From the NCBI RefSeq assembly GCF_006345805.1, contig NC_042998.1:744001-808000 (forward strand): 64,000 nt of DNA, read 5' to 3'. Position numbers and translations under genes: made by a program. The notes under the pieces were generated by a model. The model was not told the DNA's origin. It did not search any database and saw only the letters and a program-made list of their open reading frames with translations. Below are positions 13,205 through 26,121 of the stretch, one piece after another (position 1 is the stretch's first letter; every line of letters starts with the position of its first letter). This DNA is from Octopus sinensis. Lineage: Eukaryota.

Positions 13205-13525
13205 TGATAGTACATAGCTTAGTGGTCAGGGCATTCAGCTGCCGATTGTAAGATTGTCAGTTCGGTTCACTGCGGCGCGTTGTATCAATGACACATATAT
13301 TTCACGCTGCTCCGATCCACTCAGCTGGTAAAAACGAGCTGTACCTGTAATTCAAACGGTCAGCCTTATCACATTCTGTGTCCTTCTGAATCTCCCTGAG
13401 AACTACGTTAAGGGTACACGTTTTTGTAGTGTACTCAGTCAGTTACACGTTAATTTAACGAGCAGGCTGTTCAGTTGATCAAATCATCTAGAACACTCGT
13501 CGTCGTAACCGACGGAATGCCAGTT
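13205..13525 (+). mobile_element. tRNA-derived SINE family E
   Basis: A-box-like TAGCTTAGTGGTCAGGG; body matches reverse complement of 33120-33385. Confidence 0.6.
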
Positions 13526-13894
13526 GATACAAAAGTACTATTTGGGGAGAGGCATGGAAGCCACCTAATTTTATATTCCTTTTGGTACGTTGTAAGATAA
13601 CTTGTGTAACGTCTCATTTAAAGTCAATGTTTCAGCCACGTGGTGAGGAATATATCGATTCTGTTAATGTTGAAAGATAAATGGTAATTTCAGAAGGTCA
13701 GATATTCCGTCAGTAATAATTGATATAGAACTCCTCCAAACTGGCATCAAATGTCGAGGTCAATTTAGAAACAGATTTAATAATCAAAAGTGAAATGATT
13801 TACAGTCGGATCAAAATATATTATTTAGATAATGTACCAATCTGGAAATCTGGAAAATATAAAAGATTTTATTATGAGGGAGGTGTAAGGCTGT

Positions 13895-14635
13895 GATCTG
13901 GCAGAATCGTTTGTGCGCTGGGCCAAATGCTTAGAGGTATTTCGTCCGTCTTTACGTTCTGAGTTCAAATTCTGCCGAAGTCGACTTTGCCTTTCATCTT
14001 TTCGGGGTTGATGAAAAAGATAAAAAGTACCTGTGAAGCACTGGGGTCAGTGTAATCGCCCGAACCCCTTCACCGAAATTGTTAGCCTTGTGCCAAAATT
14101 TGAAACCCTTATTAGGGAGGTGTAACGAAGCGAGCTGATAGAGTCGTTAGCACGCCGGGCAAAGCGCTTAGCAGTATTTCTTAAGTTCAGGGGTTCAAAT
14201 TCCGCCGATGTTGATTTTCTCTTTTATTATTCGGATTCAATGGAGCCGTTACCAGTTGTAACACTGGAATCGATATAATCGACTTACTCCATCCACGCAA
14301 AATTTCACGCCTCATACCTATATTTGAAAGGATCCTTAGTTAGGTGTACAGCGGTGAGCTGGCAGAATCGTTAGCACGCCGAACAAATTGCTCAGCAGCA
14401 TTTCGTCCGTCTTTACGTTCTAAGTGCAAATTCCGCTGAAGTTGACTTTATCTTTAGGCGCAAATTCAAATTCTACTGAGGTCGACTTTGTCTTTCATCC
14501 TTTCGGGGTCGCTAAAATAAAGTGCCAGTTGAGCACTGTGGTCGATAAAATAATACCAGTTGAGCACTGGGGTCGATATAATCGACTTACCCTTTCACAC
14601 GAACTTGCTGGCCTTGAGCCAAAATTTGGATAAGA
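13895..14635 (+). mobile_element. Cluster of three co-oriented SINE B copies, the last with an internal duplication
   Basis: Heads near 13895, 14130 and 14350 (GAGCTGGCAGAATCGTTAGCACGCC). Confidence 0.75.
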
Positions 14636-15239
14636 TGGGCGTTTTGCTCATCCATAATTTGTAATTCATAGAGTAAATGTCTTTGAATGTAATTATTTTA
14701 CTTCGCCATTATTACAAAGTCTTTATTCCGTCTTATAAATCATTCAATACATTCATATTTTTATCCATTAATTTTCAGCGATATCTAATAAAGAATTATT
14801 AGCCTTATTGGCTTCAGAAATAACGAAATTAATAATACCAAGAACATTAGCGATTTAAATGAAGGTAAATAATAATAAATGAGAATTGAAACAGTTACTA
14901 ATTAATTGATGATATGCGATTTCTTATTTATTCTATAAAATTATAGTAAATTGTGTTGCGTTCATTACTTTCTTAAGCGTATTGCCGAATAAGAGAAGTG
15001 AATTGGCTACTACTGGGAATCACTTACCCAAAAGATATTGTCTGACTACACGATAGTAATGATTTCTCACAATGATACAAAGCCAAAAGTTGTGAGGTGA
15101 AGACGTGTACAGTGGTTTGAATATATTAAAAGTAATTATTTCATCGACTGGAAATATAGAAAGCATCGAAGGTCCCAGTAAGATTTTGGCTCAGGACATT
15201 TTTTGGAGATTCTATTTAAGACATGACTATATATTCTTT

Positions 15240-15463
15240 TTTTTTTTGTACTTGTTTCAGTCATTTTGACTGCGGCCATGCTGGAGCACCGCCTTTTAGA
15301 GTGGTGAAAGAGTACAGCAGGGATCACCACCTCCTGCCGGAGCCTCGTGGAGCTTTTAGTTATTTTCGCTCAATAAACACACACAACACCCGGTCTGGGA
15401 ATCGAAACCGCTATCCTCCGACCGCAAGTCCACTGCCCTAACCACTAGGCCATTGCGCCTCCA
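15240..15463 (-). mobile_element. SINE A 3' end fused to SINE C
   Basis: CTTGTTTCAGTCATTTTGACTGCGGCC... followed by family C sequence ending GCCATTGCGCCTC. Confidence 0.7.
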
Positions 15464-15474
15464 CATATATTAAC

Positions 15475-16160
15475 TTTAGTTTGCCAAACCTCCCAGCAAA
15501 TCGTCGACATAGAAATATTCTGTCGCTATTAGTTTTATTGTCTTCTTTTAGATCATCTATATGTCTCTCATCAAGTAAACTACCACTGCTCCTTGCCTGT
15601 GCTATGAGATTACTCTTATTAGTAAGAACTGTATTTTCATCTTTATCTCTGCTGCTATTTTCCAAGACCCGTCTTTTGATAGCTTCGAGCTCTACTTCTG
15701 TGAACCAACATTTCTTATTGCTCTTGCTTGATCACATAGTCTCTGTTCCGTGAGTTGAAACAAACCCTTTCCCCTCCAATGATCAAATATACGTTGTTGG
15801 TAACCCCTAATTTGAGCACCATTTTCATCTACCGGGTTGCTCAGGTAGTAACACTCCATGACCACAGTATTAATTTGCTTGTTCCATCTACGCCGTGTGT
15901 GGTGGTCCCTTTCTGGATATCGACAGGCTGGAGCCAGACCAGAATCTCTGAGCCTGCCGGGTGGAACACTGTCACCACCAACGGCTTCAGTTTCATTACC
16001 ACCGTTATTCGTAATATTTTGTTTTTTCATTGTCACTTATATGAGGTAGCGATTATCAGGTTGCGCAATTACCAGTGTTTTTATTGTGACACCATCACTA
16101 GATGTATCATTAATCAGCTCATGAGGAGACTCCACTCGTTTCCTTTCATTGTTGTTGTTG
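15475..16160 (-). mobile_element. 5'/N-terminal fragment of an R4/Dong-clade non-LTR retrotransposon
   Basis: ORF 15692-16036: WNKQINTVVMECYYLSNP...RGYQQRIFDHW...TEQRLCDQARAI, typical R4/Dong N-terminus; preceded on its sense strand by (AAT)n. Confidence 0.75.
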
Positions 16161-16166
16161 TTGTTG

Positions 16167-16222
<56 letters not shown>

Positions 16223-16284
16223 GTTCAGGTCACTGCTTGGAATCGAACTCGGAATCTTGGGGCTAATAGCTCGCGCTCTTAACC

Positions 16285-16452
16285 ACTACACCATATGCAA
16301 CCTGATAATCGCTACCTCATATGAGTGACAATGAAAAAACAAAATATTACGAATAACGGTGGTAATGAAATTGAAGCCAATGATTGTGACAATGTTACAC
16401 CCGGTAGGCTCAGCGATTCTGGTCCCAGCCTGTCGATATCCAGAAAGGGATA
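16285..16452 (+). repeat. Inverted partial copy of the Dong 5' fragment (15910-16075)
   Basis: GCAACCTGATAATCGCTACCTCATAT...CCTGTCGATATCCAGAAAGGGA is the reverse complement of 15910-16075. Confidence 0.85.
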
Positions 16453-16478
16453 TCAATAATAATAACAATAACAACAAC

Positions 16479-16524
<46 letters not shown>

Positions 16525-16577
16525 TCGAAAAAAAGCAAAATCTTAGGAATGAGAACCCAGGTTCGAAATTTCCCCAA

Positions 16578-16623
16578 GGCACCTGAAGAAGGGTGGAGGG
16601 TATATCAGCCGAAACGTTGTGTC
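16578..16623 (+). ncRNA. Minimal type-I hammerhead ribozyme in a Penelope-like pLTR remnant (16530-16705)
   Basis: Stem I GGCAC/GTGTC, core CTGAAGA, stem II GGGTG/CAGCC (1 mismatch), GAAAC-GTT with palindromic AACGTT stem III. Confidence 0.6.
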
Positions 16624-16797
16624 AACAACAAGCAAGATGAGGACAAATATCCGTCGAATGTAAATAATGTACATAATTCCTCATCTCTTGAATATAGAAC
16701 TGAGGTCGAAATGTGTTTACAACTACCAGTGGCCACCGAGAGCGCTGCCTTGAAAAGAAGCAATTCAACCTGTTCTACTCGTAGAAAAACAATAATA

Positions 16798-16840
<43 letters not shown>

Positions 16841-17589
16841 GATATATAATGATATTCACGTCGTTGAATTCTTGAATTTCTGAGTTGACGTATTTGGGTA
16901 ATATATTAAAGATTTTAAGTTTTCTTGAGATGTTCGTTTGTCTGTCCAGTTGGAGAATACAGTAGGACCTTTGCAAGGAAAAGGATATTTACATTTTCGA
17001 ATACTCAGGGAGAGTCAAAAAGAAAAGAAACAAGTTGTAGATAGTAAAGTTTTAAGATTTACTAAATATGGTCTTTTGTATGACAGCACAGAGAGAAATG
17101 GTAATGTTCTTAGAATAAAAAGTAGGATGATGTTTACATTTTTGAATACTCAGAGATAGAGGAAAAGATAAGTATTCACACAGTAGTTGAATATATTAAA
17201 GGATTTTTTTAAAGCTGATCATTTGCGTGTTCGAAAGCTGTAGGTATGTAAGTTTCCTAACTTATTTTATTTTGAAGGAGATTAAAAATATTCACAGGAA
17301 ATTATAGATATTCCGGTCTTTGGGAATAGTAGGAGAAATAGATGTTCACCATGTTGGATTTTTGAATTTCTGAATTTCTTTTTCGTTTGGAATTTTTCTT
17401 TTCCCTATAAAAGTTTTGCTGTGGTTTACAGTTTTTGTAGTTGTGCAGTATGTATATATTGGCAGGTGCTTACTTCCTTAATTTTTTCCGTGCATTTAAT
17501 TGTGTTGTTACAATAAAAGGCATGTTTACATATTCTGTTAGTCAGGGAAGAAAAGAAGGGAATAATCTGTAGACGAAACGGTGAAACCG

Positions 17590-18120
17590 TATGGCATATT
17601 ACCAGCCAATGTACGCCACTAGTCCAGAAGGAATATAAGAGACGCTACGACAATATAGCCAGGCTTGTCCATGGACTTGATAGAGCAAAAAATTGGTACG
17701 ACCACAAACCCGAAGGCATCGTCGATTATAGAAATGCAAAGACCCTATGGGATTTTATGATTCAGTGCGACCATGAGATAGAGAATAGGAAACCGGACAG
17801 AGTCTTAATTGAGAAAGAAAACAAACTATGCTGGATCATAGATATAGCATGCCCAGCTGACAACAAGGTATGCGATAAAGAAGTTAAGCAGTTGTGGTCG
17901 CTGAAAAAGGTAGCAGTAGTACCAATAATTGTCGGAGCCGTGGGAAAAGTGAGCAAAAATCTCGAGAAGTACGTGGAACAAATAGGGGTTACAATAAGGG
18001 TGGAGCACTTGCAGAAAACTGCACTGCTTGAAACCGCTCGAATACTCCGGAAGGTGCTCAAAATATAAGTGAACAACTGATACCGTAGTACATCTCCAGC
18101 GTTAGAAGCTGTACAAAGGC
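17590..18120 (+). mobile_element. 3' end (RLE domain) of R4/Dong family 2, decayed
   Basis: ORF 17757-18068 with RKPD..LIEK..IIDIACP (PD..D) and VPIIVGAVG; followed by (AAT)n. Confidence 0.85.
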
Positions 18121-18220
18121 AATAATAATAATAATAATGATAATAATAATAATATAATAATAATGATGATGATGATGATGATGATGATGATAATAATAAT
18201 AAGGATCGATTAGCGAAGGG

Positions 18221-20150
18221 CTTTTGATAGTATTCCCCACACATGGATCCTAGAAACACTAGCAATGAACAAAGTAGTACCAATAATCATAAAATATATA
18301 ACACATCCCATGAATAAATGCAGACAGTGCTACAGCTCCAGACAAAAGAGGGACTCAAAAGCCAAACCCATCCCCATTAGAAGGGGAATATTCCAGGGAG
18401 ACACGCTCTCTCCGCTTTCTTTCTGCTTAGCATTGACACATTTATCTGACATGCTAAACAGAACTGGATGTGGATACAACTGTTACGACAAAGCAATCAA
18501 CCACCTCTTATATATGGATGATCTAAAACTGTACGCTACAAATGATAAACAGCTGGAGACATTACCACAGAAAGTACATGGATTTACCAAAGAAATAAAC
18601 ATGAAATTTGGCTTATAAAATTGTGTGAAAGCAATCCTGAAAAGAGGAAAACTAGTTAAGAGTAGCAACATCACACTAGATAAAGCAAATGAAATAAAAG
18701 AATTAGACCAAAGCCTGACATACAAGTACTTAGGAATCAATGAATTAAATACGATACAACACACACAAATGAGAGAGAAGATAAAAAAGGAATAATATAG
18801 ACGAGTCAAATTAATACTGGTAATAGAGCTCAATGCGAAAAACAAGATAACGGGTAGCAACACTCTAGCCGTCCCAGTTATAAGTTACAGTTACAATATT
18901 CTTAACTGGACTCTAAATGAACTAATCAAAATAGACAGGAAAATAAGAAAATTAATGACGGGATTTAGGATGCACCACCCAAAATCTGACATAAAACGGT
19001 TATATATATATACTACTTATGGAAGGTGGTAGAGACCTTATACAGCTAGAAAACTATTACAAAATAACCACTATAGGATTACTAAAATACTTGTTTCAGA
19101 AGAAGCAAAGAAAACTAATACAAATAGCCACAAAACAGGAACAAAACAAAAACTGTTTTCAGTTTTTAAGGAAGCTGACAAATACAAAAAAAGAAATCAT
19201 ACTAACAACTATGAAGAAAAAGAAGAAACAACAAAAGCTGTAAAACAACTGAAATCCAAACTAAAACTGGAACAGCAACGGATCATGGTAAAATGATGTC
19301 AAAAAAAGTCCCTTCAAGCCAATTACTGGGTTAAACTAAACGCAAAAGAAATAGACAAAGCAAAATCCCAACAATGGTTGAGAAGATCAGGACTCAAAGC
19401 AGAAACCGCAGGACTTTTAATTGTAGCACAAGACCAAAGCCTCCCAATCAGAAATTATCAAAAACATATAATGAAAAGAAACAGCAACTAACTGCAGAAT
19501 ATGTGAAGCTGGACAAGAAACAATAAGCCATACTGACCCTGGCTACTCAGTCCTGGCTAACAAGGAATATATTCACAGACACGACAGAGTTGGGATCTAT
19601 ATTCAATGGAAGCTATGCCAACACTATGGAATAACAACAGAAAAAAGATGGTATAGGCACACTCCAGAAAAGGTCACAGATAATGAGAAAGCCACCATAC
19701 TATGGGATATGCCAATACAGACTGATAGAGGAATTAAGGCCAATAGGCCGGATATAGCTGTCAGACATCATGAAGAGAAATAATGCTTCCTAAACGATGT
19801 ATCAATACCAACAGATGATAACTTTTCTCTAACAGAAATGGAGGAACTATCAAAATACAAAGACATGGAAATAGAGGTAACTCGAATGTGGAGTCTAAAA
19901 TCAGAAACAATTCCTATCATAGTAGGTATGATAAAAAATATTCAGAAAAATAGATAAAAACACCAGGACTAACAAGTATATATAACATACAGCAAATAGC
20001 ACTACTAGGCACCGCACAAATCTTACATAAAACACACTCAATACAGTAACCATAAGAGCATCACAACAAACCACAGCACATACCCAAGGCACACAGAGCT
20101 GCGCTCGGTAGTGAAGTGAAAGTAGGTGATAAAAATAAGACTACTAAATA
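18221..20150 (+). mobile_element. R4/Dong family 1, 5'-truncated, frameshifted RT-RLE
   Basis: RGIFQGDTLSPL, HLLYMDDLKLY, GGRDL, AQDQSL, zinc knuckle, RPDI; 3' UTR shared with 45790-45900; flanked by (AAT)n. Confidence 0.92.
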
Positions 20151-20169
20151 ATAATAATAATAATAATAA

Positions 20170-20199
<30 letters not shown>

Positions 20200-20202
<3 letters not shown>

Positions 20203-20315
20203 CCATTTTACTATAGGCACAAGGCCTGAAATTTGGTGGAGTAGACTAGTCGCTTATATGGACCCCAGTGTTTTACTGGTACTTAATTTATCGGCCCCGA
20301 AAGGATAATAATAAT

Positions 20316-20364
<49 letters not shown>

Positions 20365-20572
20365 GGTTTCAAACTTTGCCACAAGGGCAGCCATTTTTAG
20401 GGGAGGGGATAACATTACATAACCCCAGTGTTTCACTGATACTGAATTTATCGACCCCGAAACGATGAAAGGCAATGTCGACATTGGTGGAATTTGGACT
20501 CAGAACATGGAGACTGGCGAAATACCGCTAAGCATTTTCCTCGTAGCGCTAACGATTCTGCCAGCTCGAAAC
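20200..20572 (-). mobile_element. SINE B copy split by an (AAT)n run
   Basis: Family B body at 20200-20305 and 20365-20572. Confidence 0.65.
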
Positions 20573-20594
20573 CTTAATAATGATGATGATGATG

Positions 20595-20640
<46 letters not shown>

Positions 20641-20641
<1 letters not shown>

Positions 20642-21152
20642 TTAACTGATTGGAAGTGTTATCATGTACATTGTTTTGTCTTGGTATAAAAGATGCGCTA
20701 CAGCAAATATTCTGCTCAATACCACAGATTTGCTCGTCAGTTGTTTGACTTTAACCAGTTGAGGATGTCCCTTAGTGGCTGACGATATGTGCATCTCTGA
20801 TCACGAGCAGAAGTCGTGGGGGGGCATCGTAGCCATGTGTTGAGAGGAATTCTTTGGGGTTTGAATAATTCACTTCTGGAAACATGGGTGTTTTGCTCAA
20901 CATCCTTAAACAACCCTTATTCAGGGACCTTTTGAGCGGGATTGGCTACTCAACCTGAAGAAAATTCTAACTGGGCCCCACCTGCAAGGTTATGTGCTGT
21001 TTATCTTGATATGAGACCACCATGTCGCGCACATATGGTTGTGATGCATGTGCTTGGTGTACCCTTATCACACGGGTAGTCATGATGGGTATATTGGGCT
21101 TCGTATATTTTACCCTAGTGTCACTTTGATGGCATGAACCACTCTCTCACTC
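20641..21152 (+). mobile_element. ~510 bp non-coding element flanked on both sides by (AAT)n; possible Dong-mobilised SINE or UTR
   Basis: Sharp boundaries with (AAT)n; no ORF in track; ends CCACTCTCTCACTC-(AAT)n. Confidence 0.45.
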
Positions 21153-21203
<51 letters not shown>

Positions 21204-21213
21204 TATAATTATG

Positions 21214-21265
<52 letters not shown>

Positions 21266-21267
21266 GT

Positions 21268-21930
21268 GGAGTATAAATTAAGACATGACAGAGTTGGCCA
21301 ATATCTACACTGGCTAATAAGTCGGCATTACAATATCAAAACTGCCGACAAGTGATATAATCACCACCCTGAGGCTGTAACTGAAGGAGAAAATGTAACC
21401 ATTCTGTGGGACTTTCCAGTACATACAGACCGAACCATCAAGGCCAATAAACCAGATATTGTTGTGAAAGACCAAAACAATAAAGTTTGCTTATTGATCG
21501 ACATGAGCATCCCCTGTGATCATAATATCTCAGCGAAAGAGTTTGACAAGCTCAGAAAATATAAAGACCTACTCATTGAAATTGAGAAAATGTGGCATCT
21601 CAAGGCGGTTACAATACCAGTGATCGTAGGAGCACTAGGAATGATCAAGAAGGGAACCGAAAATTATATGAGAATGATCCCTGGCTTACCATCCCTGCAA
21701 GAAGTGCAAAAGATCGTCTTAACTGGTACATCACATGTATTGAGAAGAGCATTGTCGATGTGAGAATTGTTGCTGCTCATGTACTTTAATTTAACTTAAA
21801 AAAAAAAAAATGAACGAACTATTGAGTTTGGTGTAATGGCCTACCGATGTATACTATGAGTTTCTTTGCCCTAGGAGTCGGGAAGACACTCGGCAAGAAA
21901 TGGAAGCAAATTTGAAAGAAGAAAAAAAAA
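21268..21930 (+). mobile_element. 3' end of R4/Dong family 3
   Basis: RHDRVGQYLHW, ILWDFPVHTDRTIKANKPDI, KYKDLLIEIEKMW, VIVGALG; same family as 45914-48270. Confidence 0.9.
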
Positions 21931-21959
21931 ATAATAATAATGATAATAATAATAATAAC

Positions 21960-22172
21960 CTTTCTGCTTTAGGCGCAAGGAGTGAAATTTTGGAGGAAGG
22001 GGCTAGTAGATTACATCGACCCCAGTGCGTAACTGGTACTTATTTTATCAACCCTGAAAGGATGAAAGGCAAAGTCGAACTCGGCGGAATTTGAACTCAG
22101 AACGTAACGACGGACGAAATGTCGCTAAGCATTTTGCCCGGCGTGCTAACGATTCTGCCAGCTCACCGCCTT
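21960..22172 (-). mobile_element. SINE B, near full length
   Basis: Ends CTGCCAGCTCACCGCC (reverse-complemented head). Confidence 0.85.
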
Positions 22173-22173
22173 A

Positions 22174-22268
<95 letters not shown>

Positions 22269-22365
22269 AAGAACAAGAACAAGAAGAAGAACAAGAACAA
22301 GAAGAAGAACAAGAACAAGAACAAGAACAAGAAGAACAAGAAGAACAACAACGGTAATAATGATA
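22172..22365. repeat. Compound microsatellite (AAT)n-(AAG)n-(AAGAAC)n
   Basis: Direct reading. Confidence 0.95.
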
Positions 22366-23555
22366 ATTATCGTTTGTTTATTAACCATAAATATTCGAAA
22401 TATACAACACAATGAAATTTTAAAGACGTACGTGTATGTAACAGTGTGGATAATGAGAAATCGATGCGTCGATTAAAAAAAGGTTTTCCGCTAGTATTCA
22501 CATCAAGGAAAACTTTTGCCTTCCTAGATTTAAACATGGGTGCCAAACAAAAGTATTTTGCAGAAACGATTTAAAGGCTGAGCATGGCTGCAGTCGAGTA
22601 ACTGAAACCTGTCAATGAATAAGTGGGAAAACAACGAAACTAGTAATAAAAGCATACCACTATGTATGGAGGAGGAGGAGAAAGAGGAGTTTTATCGTAC
22701 GTATATTTTTAAAGATTATTAACAATAAAAGTGAAATGGAATGATTATAATCCGGAATTGAAGACGAGACAGGAGTCTCTGCTAGACCGGAATCCGGAAC
22801 TCATGATATATTATTCCAACTCTTTCAAAATAAATAACCATGAATTCTTTATTAATAACAAGCTAGTGTTCACTAAGAGACTTGATTAAGAGTAAAACGC
22901 TTTCTTCCGCCCTCTTTCTTTTTAAATACATATATTAAGATTTGTTCTTTTATTGCTGATGTATCATGTTGTTATGCACCAAGAACATAGGGCAACTAAT
23001 GAGCTCTAATTAGACATAATTTCCTGCTGAAATTTATATTTTGATTAAACTATTAAGTGCCATGAAATTTGTTTGATTAGATGTAACAAATCCCTGTATA
23101 AAATCTAATTGAAACAGTAAACGGCTTGGAATTATGACATAGCTGTCTGTAGTAAACGTGGATTATATGGCATTGAACTATTTCGTAGCATAATCATTTC
23201 GTTGTTTGCTTTCTGTCTTTTAGCGGTATTAGTTTTATTTTCCTGATAAGTTCTGCAGATATTTTAATTACTGGCTATCGTTCAACGGACTATTTCATCG
23301 GACTCTAAGGAATATTTGATTGGCAATTGATATGAGATATTCGGGGGTCTTTTTTTTTCAGGTCTTTAGCTGACTACATATGAAATTTGCGACAGGTGTA
23401 CATCTAGTTCAAGTTGAGTCACTGGAAAGCAAAGATGTTCCTTAGATTTCGTTGGCTTGCGATAGTCTAAATCAGAGAGAAATCATTTCGGGAATAGAAA
23501 CAACAGAAATCCTATCAAATACAGCCACAGACACAGACAGACAGACAGACAGACA

Positions 23556-23629
<74 letters not shown>

Positions 23630-24064
23630 GCGCGCGATTACATTGTGGTTATGATTTCGGACACGCAAGTGTAGTTATAGTCATGAATCAGATTGAATAT
23701 ACAGGTCACAGAATTGATGTGTTGAAACTGGAAGGTTCAATAATATAACTTTACGCAAGAAACGTACTGAGTTCTCTCATTCTTAGATGTAATAAGTACT
23801 TAGAACATCCTAATTATACACACATACATACATAAATACATACATACATACATACATTCATTCATACATACACACATGCATACACACATGCATACATACA
23901 TTCATTCGTACATACATTCATTCATACATACATACATACATGCATATATAATACATACATACATACATACATACATTCATACATACATACATACATGCAT
24001 ATATAATACATACATACATACATACATACATACATTCATTCATACATACATACATATAGTTTTT

Positions 24065-24460
24065 TCTTTTCTTTTACTAGTTTCATTCATTTAACTGCAG
24101 CCATGCTGGAGCACCGTCTTGAAAATTTTAGTCAAACAAATCGACCCCAGGACTTGTTTCTTAAGTCTAATAATTATTCTATCGGCTTCTTTTGGCGAAC
24201 CGGTAAGTTAAGCACCAACACCAGTTGTCATGTGGTAATGGGTGTAAGGACAAACATACACATACGCACACATACACACTCACACACGCACGCACACATA
24301 CACACATGTATATATATATATATATACGACGAGCTTCTTTCAGTTTCCGTCTACGAAATCCACTCAGAAGGCCTTGGTCGGCCGGAAATTACAGTAGAAA
24401 ACACTTACTCAAGGTGCCATGCAGTGACGCTGAACCCGGAACTATGTGGTTGGGTGGCAA
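24065..24460 (-). mobile_element. SINE family A
   Basis: Matches 37056-37472. Confidence 0.8.
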
Positions 24461-24464
24461 GCTG

Positions 24465-24993
24465 AAGAAGCCGTCCCCAAACCAGGATTAAACACGGAAA
24501 ATGTTATGCTCTATGTATGGTGGGATATGAAGAGTGTCATCTGTGATGATGTGTTAAACCAAAACGAAACAGTTAATGCGGAGAAGTATAGTTGTCAGCT
24601 GGTATCATTGCACAAGCATTTGAAGGAAAAGCGCCGATCATTGGTGAATTATAACAGAGTGTTGCTCATATACGATAATGCAAAGACTGCATAATACTCA
24701 AGTCACTCAGAAAAAGTTCATGGCTTTACTTCATCTGACTATTTTCTTTTCACATCATTGCATCATTGTTTAGAGGGGGGGAAATTCTTAATTGCGAAAT
24801 GGTTGAAAATGATATTAAGTGTTTCTTTGTGTCAGACACTGAAGAATGTTACGACCAGGGATTAAGAATTTGTCAAATATATGGGATTATGTTATTAATG
24901 TTATCTTGATTAAATATATTAATTAAGACCAAATAAACATTTACTTCTTTACCATCTTGAAATGCAACAACACTTTGTTTCCAACCTAATATA
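24465..24993 (+). mobile_element. Mariner transposon 3' fragment (catalytic region) with right TIR
   Basis: VMLYVWWDMKSVI...NETVNAEKYSCQL...VLLIYDNAK; terminal ...TTTCCAACCTAATA-TA. Confidence 0.75.
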
Positions 24994-25080
24994 CACACAT
25001 GGAGACTATCACAATGTTGTGGACGCCTTTGATGAGAAGTCAATAAGGTTCGAAAATCGATTAAGGTTGTTAATGTTCTT

Positions 25081-25185
25081 ATAGGCGCAGGAGTGGCTGT
25101 GTGGCATAGGCGCAGGAGTGGCTGTGTGGTAAGTAACTTGCTTACCAACCACATGGTCATGGGTTCAGTCCCACCGTGGCACCTG
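25081..25185 (+). mobile_element. SINE A head with a 25-bp 5' direct duplication, 3'-truncated
   Basis: ATAGGCGCAGGAGTGGCTGTGTGG twice in tandem. Confidence 0.8.
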
Positions 25186-26121
25186 AATTTATCCAGCGAG
25201 CTCAACAGACCATTGATTACAATCGCAGAAAGTCCATGAGATCAATTGCAAAATATCTCCCTGTGTCAGAAGGAACAGTCAGAAACGTTGTCCACGAAGA
25301 CATCAGATATGTCTTATATGATGAGGAAAGGTCAGTTTATCAGAAAAAGCAAAAGAAAATCACTACATCAGATCTAAGACTCTTAAACAAACTGAAAAAT
25401 TCAGCAGAAGATTTGAATTGGTTTTTCTCAAACGAGAAAAGCTTCGACCAAGGTCAAGATGTTAACAGAAGAAATGACAGATGGTTATGTGCAGACCCTT
25501 TCTGAAGTTCTAGGTGTTATGCATACAAATTTTACTGCAACTAACGTGGTGTTAGGGTTTGTAAGCAATGAAGGACATATGATGCCTCTTCCACAAAGCC
25601 CTAGAGTTCTTTGTACTTAACTCTGCCGCCTACATTGAGGTCCTGGAAACAATTGTAAGCATTGATAGTGTATGCAATGGAAGGCCAGTAAGACTCTGCA
25701 CTATCACACATGGCTCTACTAAAACAGGAATGGATGGTTAAAAATTTTCATGATCACATAACCCCTAGCATTTGGCCTCCTAATTCCCCACATCTCAGTC
25801 CATTGGACTATTACATGTGAAGTGTTGTTGAGAGACACAGGTCAATGAATACGCCCATAAAACCAAAGATTCTTTGAAAGCTGCTATAGTCAGAGTAATG
25901 TCCAAAATGAACCAGGACCACTTGTTTCGAGCATGTAGATGATTTAGATCTCATATAAAAACAGTTGTTGAAGCTGAAGGTAACTTTATTGAATACCATT
26001 ATAGAAAAGAAGGTTTATTTTTATCCTCATAGCATTGTTGATAAATAAAATTATTAACTGTTATTATATATGTTTTTTTTATAAACAAAAAACTGTCTTC
26101 AAATATCTTACACACTCTGTA
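25186..26121 (+). mobile_element. Tc1/mariner maT (DD37D)-like transposase remnant
   Basis: KSMRSIAK..VSEGTVRNVVHEDIRY, FFSNEKSFD..NRRNDRWL, WPPNSPHLSPLDY, ..EAEGNFIE. Confidence 0.8.

Noticed and set aside
16900-17530. Possible Penelope or LINE ORF relic on the minus strand
   Set aside because: Many stops and no diagnostic RT or GIY-YIG motif identified.
20700-20742. Minus-strand CTGACGA with 6-bp GCAAAT/ATTTGC stem
   Set aside because: No GAAA after the stem; not an HHR.
25106-25185. tRNA-like heads throughout the window
   Set aside because: They lack full cloverleaves and continue into SINE bodies; not tRNA genes.
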